From contig NZ_CP042911.1 in the NCBI RefSeq assembly GCF_008065095.1, positions 4,350,001 through 4,382,000 of the forward strand: DNA of 32,000 bases, given 5' to 3'. The stretch comes from Gemmata obscuriglobus (GTDB lineage Bacteria > Planctomycetota > Planctomycetia > Gemmatales > Gemmataceae). Positions 8,732-15,451 of the stretch are shown here, in pieces (position 1 is the stretch's first letter; each line of letters begins with the position of its first letter). The notes under the pieces are model-generated. The model was not told the origin of the DNA, did no database searches, and was given only the letters and a program-made list of their open reading frames with translations. Made by a program: the position numbers and the translations under genes.

Positions 8732-9823
8732 TTACGGAACTGGTTTCGCCGCATCAAGAAGGGCCTGCATTCCGGCCCCGACACTGGCACCACTCGGTCG
8801 CGCGTAGATCCGCAGCACCGTCTCGGCCGTGTCCCCGAGGTAAGCCGCAACGTCGGGGATGCCGTAGCCGGCCGCGAGCATCCGCGTCGCCACCGTGTGC
8901 CGGCACTTGTGCGGCGCGCGGTACTTCAGGCCCAACCGGTTGAGTAGCCGAATCCACGCCTTACGGACGTTGGACTTGGACTGTCGGCGCCCGGCGGGGG
9001 TGGTGAACAGCGGGCCGTCGGTCCGCGTGCCGATCGCGCTCACTAGGGCAGGGCGGGCGTCCGCCGGCACCTCGATTACGCGAATGCTGTTTGACGTCTT
9101 CGCCGGTCCGCGTTCGCGCCGTGCGTCCTGCGTTTGGGTGATGGCGATCGTGCCTGCGGCGGGATCGAAGCTCGTGACATCAAGAGCCAAGGCCTCTCCC
9201 ATCCGGCACCCGGTCGCGGCGTACAGCGCGCACGGGTACGTTGCGGGCCGCTGGACCGCGTCGGCGATGATCCGATTAAGATCCGCAACGGTGAACGGGT
9301 CGAACACCGCCTTGGGTTGTGGCGGGCGCTTGACCTTCAGGATCGGATTGTCCGTGATGAGCCCTTCGTACTTCGCGGCGTTCAGAGCGGTGCTGAGCGC
9401 CGCGAGGTAGGTGCGCCGGGTGCTCGCACTCTTGAGGGTGGCGGTCCACTTCTTGACGGCTTCGGTGATTTGGAGGTGCGTCAGGTCCGTCAGGCGGATG
9501 TGCCCCAGGGTGGGGACGAAGTACAAGTCGGTGGCAGTTTTGCGCACGTCCTTGGTACGCTGACGCAGCTCCGTGCCTTCGAGGCTCTTGAGCCAGCGTT
9601 CCAGCCACGCCTTCAGCGTAATTCCCGAGCTGGGCGGCGCGACCTCTTCGAGCTTCTTGACCAGGCCGGCTTCCGTGGGGTCGGACCGCTCGACGTAGTG
9701 AGGGCTACCGTCCGGCTTCTTGCCGACAATCACTCGCGCAATGTAGACCTGCTTCGATTCAGACCAGAAGAACCCGCCGGTGCCTTTGGGTCGCCGCTGG
9801 CGGCCTTTCTTCTTCGGGGGCAT
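8732..9823 (-). CDS. int: tyrosine-type site-specific integrase (phage integrase family)
   Basis: 363 aa. Catalytic motifs are present: ATGCRMGEAL (Arg), HKCRHT (His-x-x-Arg) and LRIYARP (Tyr). It has an N-terminal arm-binding-like segment and a SAM-like core-binding region. Confidence 0.9.
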   Translation of the reverse strand: MPPKKKGRQRRPKGTGGFFWSESKQVYIARVIVGKKPDGSPHYVERSDPTEAGLVKKLEEVAPPSSGITLKAWLERWLKSLEGTELRQRTKDVRKTATDLYFVPTLGHIRLTDLTHLQITEAVKKWTATLKSASTRRTYLAALSTALNAAKYEGLITDNPILKVKRPPQPKAVFDPFTVADLNRIIADAVQRPATYPCALYAATGCRMGEALALDVTSFDPAAGTIAITQTQDARRERGPAKTSNSIRVIEVPADARPALVSAIGTRTDGPLFTTPAGRRQSKSNVRKAWIRLLNRLGLKYRAPHKCRHTVATRMLAAGYGIPDVAAYLGDTAETVLRIYARPSGASVGAGMQALLDAAKPVP

Positions 9824-9829
9824 AGGCGA

Positions 9830-10132
9830 TTACTCCCCATCCTGCTCTCGAAGCTCGGCGAGTTCGCGCTCAACGATCTCGCGAAACTCGCGATTTACCA
9901 TCTCGCCAAGTTGGTGCTCGATGAACTCGCCGACTTTCATTCCCTTGCTTTCCGCGACTCGCTTCAACCTCTTCTGAAACACAGGTTTCAGCCGCACCAT
10001 GTTGCTGGCAACGCTCTCGGTTTTACCGACGACCTGGTCGGGGACATTTGCTTTCTGCCCTGTCGACGGCGGCGTACCAGAGGATTTGTTCGCAGTTTTT
10101 TTGGGCTGTTTAGCCACGGGTAACCTCGCCAC
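9830..10132 (-). CDS. small DNA-binding protein, ribbon-helix-helix-like (candidate repressor)
   Basis: 100 aa, ending 7 nt upstream of int. The segment VRLKPVFQKRLKRVAESKGMKVGEFIEHQL fits a strand-helix-helix pattern. The fold is inferred by eye only. Confidence 0.45.
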   Translation of the reverse strand: MARLPVAKQPKKTANKSSGTPPSTGQKANVPDQVVGKTESVASNMVRLKPVFQKRLKRVAESKGMKVGEFIEHQLGEMVNREFREIVERELAELREQDGE

Positions 10133-10318
10133 GTATCCCCCTCACCCGAAACGCTTTCGGGCATTGTCTACAAGTCTACATGAATACCCTTCCCCACGCC
10201 ACTTCCTATTAGTTCGCAACTCCAAGCTTGATCTTTTGCGTCACAAGTGTTAATCGTATACGTGAAGACGTTGATGATTGTGGCAAAGTTACTTTTGCAA
10301 AGTAAACGATAAGGGGCG
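10133..10318. promoter_or_regulatory. divergent promoter/operator region of the element
   Basis: This is a lower-GC 186 nt gap between divergent small regulator genes. It contains the 17 nt perfect palindrome CCCGAAACGCTTTCGGG (10145-10161) and tandem GTCTACA repeats (10166-10172, 10174-10180). It also has the palindrome CGTATACG (10255-10262) and GCAAAGT repeats (10283-10289, 10297-10303). An AAGGGG SD lies before the ATG at 10319. Confidence 0.45.
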
Positions 10319-10531
10319 ATGACGATGAGCGTCAACGACCAAGGGCGAATGGTGCCCGCTAAGCTCCCGTTTTGGCTCAAGCAAATGGCGCAGGAGATTG
10401 GCAGTCGCGAAAAGCCAGTGAAGAGCGTGGGTGAAGTCCTCGCGGTGCTTTTCGGCGACCAGATTCGCAAGCGCCACGCATCGCTTCCAAAGCTGGGGCA
10501 GGCGGCCGAAGTAGCTGTTGGGGGCGAATAA
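10319..10531 (+). CDS. small regulator-like protein (Cro-position, RHH-like)
   Basis: 70 aa, first gene of the rightward operon, with an SD (AAGGGG) 2 nt upstream. The call is based on position and size. Confidence 0.4.
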   Translation: MTMSVNDQGRMVPAKLPFWLKQMAQEIGSREKPVKSVGEVLAVLFGDQIRKRHASLPKLGQAAEVAVGGE

Positions 10532-10533
10532 CC

Positions 10534-10791
10534 ATGCCACGCCGCGCCCCTGTTCTCACGCCGGTTGATCCCACACCCGCGGCTCTCACCCCTGACCAGT
10601 TGGTTGCGGATGGTGTGGTGAAGAAGCATGAAGCGATGCGACTTCTCGCGTGCGGCGAGACGCGTTTGCATGAGTTGATCCGAGCGAAGGCGTTTCCCTC
10701 TTGGAAAGAGGGTCGCGACCGCGTGTTCCCCCTTGCTGGGTTACGAGCGTACCTCGCGACTCGAGCGCGCCAAGAAGGCGCGGTCACCTGA
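10534..10791 (+). CDS. xis: excisionase-family helix-turn-helix protein
   Basis: 85 aa. The segment EAMRLLACGETRLHELIRAKAFPSWKEGRDRVFPLAGLRAYL matches the HTH_17/excisionase pattern as I know it. Confidence 0.65.
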   Translation: MPRRAPVLTPVDPTPAALTPDQLVADGVVKKHEAMRLLACGETRLHELIRAKAFPSWKEGRDRVFPLAGLRAYLATRARQEGAVT

Positions 10792-11008
10792 GAGCACCCG
10801 TCCGGGGTCGAGTCCGCCGTGTTGGGCGACCGGCCGTGACTCCCCCGGGCGGGCCAGACACACCGGGCCGGGGTGCGCGAACGGACGCGCCCCGAGCTGG
10901 GAGCGAGGTGCCAACTGCGGGTGCTCCACGGCGTCGGTCGCCGCACCCTCCACCCGCAGACGGCGGCCCCGACCCGGTTTGACACACGAAACACTAAGGA
11001 GCGCGGCC

Positions 11009-11236
11009 ATGGCACTCGGGCGGGTGAGGGCGGACCGCGGCGTCCCCGGGCGAACGAGCCGGAATCCGGGCGCGGTCGTCCGGCTGACGCGGATGGCGAC
11101 CGGCCAGGGCATCGGGTGGCTGACGCTCGACGAGGCCCGGCTGCTCCTGGGGGAGCTGCAGGTGGCGGTGCGCGGGATCGAGACGGAGCAGACGGCCCGG
11201 CGGGAGGCCGGGCGGGCGCAGGAGGCGCGGTCGTGA
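11009..11236 (+). CDS. hypothetical protein
   Basis: The ATG at 11009 is preceded by AAGGAG (10996-11001). 75 aa. Its stop overlaps the next start (GTGA). Confidence 0.4.
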   Translation: MALGRVRADRGVPGRTSRNPGAVVRLTRMATGQGIGWLTLDEARLLLGELQVAVRGIETEQTARREAGRAQEARS

Positions 11237-11478
11237 ACACGCTGCTGGTGGCCGTGCTGGTGCTGGCGATCGCCGGCGGCGCGCTGATCGACGTGCGGCT
11301 CGCGCTGTGGGTCTGGGCCGCGTGGTCCGACCACCGCGCCGAGCGCCGGGCGAGCGACCTGGTGCCGCACCTGGAGCGGGCGCACCGGCAGCTCCGCGAC
11401 CAGAACAAGCGGCTCCGGGAACTGGAAGCCCAGGCCGCCCAGGTGCAGCAGCACCTGTGGGGAACGAACCAGAACTGA
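11233..11478 (+). CDS. small membrane protein with a C-terminal coiled-coil
   Basis: The GTG at 11233 is coupled to the preceding stop. It has a TM helix (LLVAVLVLAIAGGALI), then RQLRDQNKRLRELEAQAAQVQQ. Confidence 0.42.
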   Translation: MNTLLVAVLVLAIAGGALIDVRLALWVWAAWSDHRAERRASDLVPHLERAHRQLRDQNKRLRELEAQAAQVQQHLWGTNQN

Positions 11479-11693
11479 GACACGCGCCCGCCGGGTGCTG
11501 ATTCTCCCGCTAGGGACGGCGGGCGTCGGGAGGGTGATGCCGCCACCTGATTCGCGGCACCTCGAAGCGCCGGGTTGGCGCTGCCTGCTCGTGGTCGGTG
11601 CGACCCGCCCGCACGGAGCGTTGCGGGGCGCAGAACGGGAGCTTTTCCTAAGAACCTCGCGGCACGGACCGGCCGCTCACCGGAGCACGCCTC

Positions 11694-12072
11694 GTGCAAC
11701 TGTACACCGACTCGTCCGACACGCACCCCCTGGCCGAGGGCGACCTCGTGGACGTGGGGCGCGCGATCCTCTCGCAATGCACCCCGGAGCAGCGGGCGGA
11801 GATCCTCGCCCCCGCCGCCCCACCGCCCCACCGCCCGGCCGACGAGCGCCGCCGGTACCGGGCGGAGGAGCTCCAGGCGGCCCGGGTCGCCCTGGACCTG
11901 CCCCGGCTGCGGGTGTGGGAGCCGGACGCCGAGTCGCGGTACGACGGCCCGTACGTGCCGCTCACGCGCCGGCGGCTACGTGTTCGACCCGACCGAGGGC
12001 GATCTGGTCTCCGAGACCGAGGCCATCCCGTTCGTCCCCGCCCCGGACGACGCGCAGCTCGCGTCCGCCTGA
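11694..12072 (+). pseudogene. hypothetical gene whose coding frame shifts near 11965-11975
   Basis: Third-position GC is high in the 11694 frame up to ...CCG CTC ACG CGC. It then switches to the frame that ends at 12072 (GGC GGC TAC GTG TTC GAC CCG...). The second frame has no start codon there. Confidence 0.35.
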
Positions 12073-12107
12073 CCCGCGTTCCCCTTCAACCCTCGACGGA
12101 GAGCCTC

Positions 12108-12398
12108 ATGGTGATGCCGAACGCCGACGCGCCCAAGCCCGAGGGCACCCCGCACCCTCCGGACCGCTCGACCGCCGAGCCGGCGTTCCTGGCGCTGGTG
12201 GCCGTGAGCGCGAACGTGATGCACGCCAAGACGGCCGCGCTCGAGGCGTGCCGGTGCCCGCAGTGCCTGCTGCTGGCGAAGCAGGCCCGGGTGAGCGCGT
12301 TCCTGCTGAGCGAGACGCTCCGGGCCGCGGTCACCGGCGACACCACCGGCCTCGACCTGGTGCTCGCCAAGGTCGCACAGGTTCAGGCGAAGACGTGA
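12108..12398 (+). CDS. hypothetical protein
   Basis: The in-frame ATG at 12108 follows GGAG. GC3 is high from here. The 96 aa product contains CRCPQC. Confidence 0.42.
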   Translation: MVMPNADAPKPEGTPHPPDRSTAEPAFLALVAVSANVMHAKTAALEACRCPQCLLLAKQARVSAFLLSETLRAAVTGDTTGLDLVLAKVAQVQAKT

Positions 12399-12433
12399 CC
12401 GGTTCGGCCGGGCGGGGCGCATCCGCTCGGTTT

Positions 12434-12505
12434 CGCGGGGTGGAGCAGTGGCAGCTCGGCGGGCTCATAACCCGCAGGTCGCAGGTTCGACTCCTGCCCC
12501 CGCGA
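12434..12505 (+). tRNA. tRNA-Met (CAT anticodon), initiator-like, CCA not encoded
   Basis: Folded by hand. The acceptor CGCGGGG pairs with CCCCGCG, and the D arm is GAGC-AGTGGCA-GCTC. The anticodon arm is GCGGG-CTCATAA-CCCGC, the variable loop AGGTC, the T arm GCAGG-TTCGACT-CCTGC and the discriminator A. Confidence 0.85.
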
Positions 12506-12546
12506 CTGTGGTGTGTGAGTTCGTTTCCACGTCCCGAGGCCCTGTC

Positions 12547-14079
12547 ATGGGTATCCTCTCGTCCGTCACCACGACCGCGCCGAACCTGCCGCCCCGGTTC
12601 GTCATGTACGCCCCCGAGAAGGCGGGCAAAACCAGCTTCGGCGCGCAGTGGGAGAACCCGCTGTTCCTGATGACCGCCGGTGAGACCGGGCTGCTCACCC
12701 TCATCGAATCGGGCCAGGTGGGGCCGACCGCGCACCTCCCGTCGTCCGAGGAGAACCCGACCGGGTTCCTGAAGTGGGACGACCTGACCGACGCCGTGCG
12801 GGCCGTCATCAACGAGCCGCACGACTACCGCACGCTGCTGGTCGACACGGGTAACGGGGCCGAGAACCTGCTCGCCCAGCACGTGTGCGACACGGACACC
12901 GAGTTCCTCGGCAACTGGGGCGAGTTCAACTCGTTCGGCCGCGGCGAGCGGCGGTGCGCCCCGGTCTGGGCCGGCTTCCTGAACCTGCTCGACCAGGTGC
13001 GGGTGCGGCGCCGGATGGCGGTGGTGCTGCTGTACCACTCGAAGGCCAAGCAGTTCAACAACCCGACCGGCAAGGACTACGAGCAGTGGAAGCCGGAGGG
13101 GTACGAGCGGCTCTGGGGGCTGACCCACAAGTGGGCCGACGTGATCGGGTTCTACGGGCTGCGGGTGCAGGTGAACAAGGACGATAAGGCGTACAAGGAG
13201 GAGCGGTACCTGCGGGTCCAGCCGTCCGCGGCGATCGTGGCCGGGAACCGGTACGGGCTGCCCGACGAGGTCACCAGCGCGCCGAACGCGGTGGCGCTGT
13301 ACCGGGCGTTCGACGCCGAGTACCGCAAGGCCAAGGCCCGGGGCGTGACCGCCCGGAAGTGGTCGAAGGAGGAGTTCTCGGCGCTGCTGACCCGCAAGGG
13401 CAAGACGTGGCGCAACGCGCTGAGCTGGATCGACAAGTCGTTCGGCACCACCCACCTCGAAGCGAAGCCGGACTTCGCCAGCGTGTCCGCGGAGCACGTC
13501 GCGCTGTACGCCGCGTGGCTCGGGAACCAGCCCGACGCCCCGCCCCCGCCGCCGCCGGCGAGCCCGCCCCCGCCGCCCCCTCCCGGGCCGGTGCCGGCGC
13601 CCGCACCCCTGCCGGCCGCGACCGACGACGTGGAGGGTGAGGATCGCTCGGACCCTACCACGGGGGCGACGAGGACGCCTACTACGACGGCGGCCACCCC
13701 GAACGCCCCGCTGAACTCGACGACGGCAGTGGCCAAACCCACGACCCTAACGACTGACCCTGCCCCGAAACCCGCCCCGGCGTTCGGCCGCCGGTTCACC
13801 GCGCCGCCCGCTCCGGGGGCCGATGTCGCGGAGCTGCTCGCGCTCATGCACCAGCTCGACCTGTCGTGGCCGGAGATCCGCGACCGGGCCGAGGGCAAGG
13901 GCGAGGAGATCGCGGCGGCGTGCGGGATCTACGGCACCCCCGGCCTGGTGCTGCCCGAGCTGGCGCTGTCGCTCCGCACCCGGCTCCGCACCGAGCTCGA
14001 GGTGCGGGTCGCGGAGAAGAAGTCCCGGGCCGCGAAGCGGGCGGCGAATAAGGCCGCCAGAGAGGCGGTGGCGCTGTGA
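12547..14079 (+). CDS. RecA-like ATPase (AAA_24 / Sak4-like) with a proline-rich linker and C-terminal extension
   Basis: I trimmed the track ORF 12448..14079, which starts inside the tRNA, to the ATG at 12547. Walker A (YAPEKAGKTSF) and Walker B-like (TLLVDTGNG) motifs are present. A PPPPPPASPPPPPPPGP tract follows. Confidence 0.7.
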   Translation: MGILSSVTTTAPNLPPRFVMYAPEKAGKTSFGAQWENPLFLMTAGETGLLTLIESGQVGPTAHLPSSEENPTGFLKWDDLTDAVRAVINEPHDYRTLLVDTGNGAENLLAQHVCDTDTEFLGNWGEFNSFGRGERRCAPVWAGFLNLLDQVRVRRRMAVVLLYHSKAKQFNNPTGKDYEQWKPEGYERLWGLTHKWADVIGFYGLRVQVNKDDKAYKEERYLRVQPSAAIVAGNRYGLPDEVTSAPNAVALYRAFDAEYRKAKARGVTARKWSKEEFSALLTRKGKTWRNALSWIDKSFGTTHLEAKPDFASVSAEHVALYAAWLGNQPDAPPPPPPASPPPPPPPGPVPAPAPLPAATDDVEGEDRSDPTTGATRTPTTTAATPNAPLNSTTAVAKPTTLTTDPAPKPAPAFGRRFTAPPAPGADVAELLALMHQLDLSWPEIRDRAEGKGEEIAAACGIYGTPGLVLPELALSLRTRLRTELEVRVAEKKSRAAKRAANKAAREAVAL

Positions 14080-14345
14080 GCTGTCCGACCTGCGCGCACA
14101 CGATGCAGACCGTGGTCGAGGCGGTGTTCTGGTGCCCCCGCTGCGGCTCCCTGCGGCTCGGGCCGGTGGGCGCGGCGGGCACCGTCGACCTGGAAGCCCC
14201 CGCGCTCGTCGCCCGCTGCCGGTCGTTCGTGGCCCGGGTGTGCGAGGACGTGGGCCGGTTCTCCGGGGCCGCCCAGTTGGTCGACACGCTGCACCGGTGC
14301 GGCGTCATCGAGTCGATCAACGCGCCCGAGGAGCGCCCGCAATGA
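14076..14345 (+). CDS. small zinc-ribbon protein
   Basis: GTGA overlap with the upstream stop. The CPTC...CPRC pair lies in the first 25 residues. Confidence 0.5.
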   Translation: MSCPTCAHTMQTVVEAVFWCPRCGSLRLGPVGAAGTVDLEAPALVARCRSFVARVCEDVGRFSGAAQLVDTLHRCGVIESINAPEERPQ

Positions 14346-15043
14346 AGCGGCTCAACCTCAGCCAGGGCTCCGCCGAGTGGCTCGCGTGGCGCCGGGAGGG
14401 GCTGGGCGGCAGCGACATCGCCGCGATCCTGGGCATCTCGCCGTACGAGGACGCGACCCGCGAGGCGGTGTTCAACGCGAAGGTCCACGGGATCGAGCGG
14501 CCGCAGAACGGGGCCATGTACCGGGGCACGGTGCTCGAGCCGCACGCCCGGGCCGCGTACATGGACCGCTGCCGGTGCAACGCCCCGCCGGTGTGCGTCG
14601 AGCGCCCCGACCTGCCGTGGGCGCGGGTCAGCCTCGACGGGCTGTGCGGGAACGGGGCCCGGATCCCGAGCCAGCTGGAGGAGTGGATCCTCGAGCTGAA
14701 GTGCCCGGGCTGGGAGACGCACGACCTGGCGCTGAACGGGATCGTCCCGGAGCACTTCGAGGTGCAGTGCCAGTGGCAGATGTTCGTGTGCGGCCTCGCC
14801 CGGTGCGACTTCGCGAGCTTCAACCCCGGGAAGCGGTTCACTCCGGGCAACGCTCTCCGGTGGAATAAGTGGTCGAACAAACCGGTGAATGATCGCCCCC
14901 CGCGCCCGGCGGAGTGGCTGGCGGTGGTGCCGGTCCCGCCCGACCCGGACCGCCAGCAGTGGATCCTGGAAGCGGCGGCGAAGTTCTGGTTCGAGGTCAC
15001 GGCGGCGCGGGCCGCGTTCGATCGGGAGGCACGACGGGCATGA
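14342..15043 (+). CDS. YqaJ-like viral recombinase-domain exonuclease
   Basis: ATGA overlap with the upstream stop. The N-terminus (QGSAEWLAWRREGLGGSDIAAILGISPY) is typical of YqaJ/lambda-Exo-like PD-(D/E)XK proteins. LELKCP is also present. Confidence 0.8.
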   Translation: MKRLNLSQGSAEWLAWRREGLGGSDIAAILGISPYEDATREAVFNAKVHGIERPQNGAMYRGTVLEPHARAAYMDRCRCNAPPVCVERPDLPWARVSLDGLCGNGARIPSQLEEWILELKCPGWETHDLALNGIVPEHFEVQCQWQMFVCGLARCDFASFNPGKRFTPGNALRWNKWSNKPVNDRPPRPAEWLAVVPVPPDPDRQQWILEAAAKFWFEVTAARAAFDREARRA

Positions 15044-15420
15044 GCAACGAAACCACCACCACCACCGCGCCGGAGCAGTGGGCGGTCGTCGAGCTGAAGG
15101 GGCACGTGCGGCTCGCGGGCCGCCTGTCCGAGGTGGAGATGTTCGGCACCAAGATGGGCCGGCTCGACATCCCGGCGGCGGACGGGTTCACGACCAAGCT
15201 GTTCCACGGGTCGAGCGTGTACGCGATCTCGTTCGTGGACGAGGCCGCGGCCCGGGCCGTGGCGGCCGCCAACGAGCACGAGCCGGTGCGCCCGTGGGAG
15301 CTGCCGAAACAGCTGCCCGCGGCGAGCGCGATCGACGTGAGCGGCGGGCCGAGGCACCACCTCGACCTGGACGACGGCGACGAGGGCGACGACCTGGGCG
15401 CCGACCGCCCGCTCTTCTGA
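15040..15420 (+). CDS. hypothetical phage protein with an acidic C-terminal tail
   Basis: ATGA overlap with the upstream stop, 126 aa, high GC3. The acidic tail (DLDDGDEGDDLG) and its position after the exonuclease would suit an SSB-like role, but no motif was recognised. Confidence 0.45.
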   Translation: MSNETTTTTAPEQWAVVELKGHVRLAGRLSEVEMFGTKMGRLDIPAADGFTTKLFHGSSVYAISFVDEAAARAVAAANEHEPVRPWELPKQLPAASAIDVSGGPRHHLDLDDGDEGDDLGADRPLF

Positions 15421-15451
15421 CCGCGTCCCGCGTTTTGCCCACCTGACTTCC

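Noticed and set aside
8732-9823. The possibility that the integrase is the integron integrase of the cassette array.
   Set aside because: It is a phage-type tyrosine integrase with an N-terminal arm-binding-like domain. It lies 17 kb away on the far side of the phage element, at the downstream end of the cassettes. I see no IntI-specific insertion, though I cannot verify that without an alignment.
10792-11008. A possible gene in the 217 nt gap after xis, in either the plus 10733 frame or the minus 10741-11454 frame.
   Set aside because: The translations are low-complexity with no start-site signal, and the first convincing SD plus ATG is at 11009. I left it unassigned; it could hold a regulatory or origin element, but I cannot support one.
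12434-12505. The tRNA as the integration target (attB) of the element.
   Set aside because: It lies 2.6 kb inside the element in the middle of a co-linear plus-strand operon, not next to the integrase or at a boundary. No partial duplicate of its 3' end was seen elsewhere in the window.
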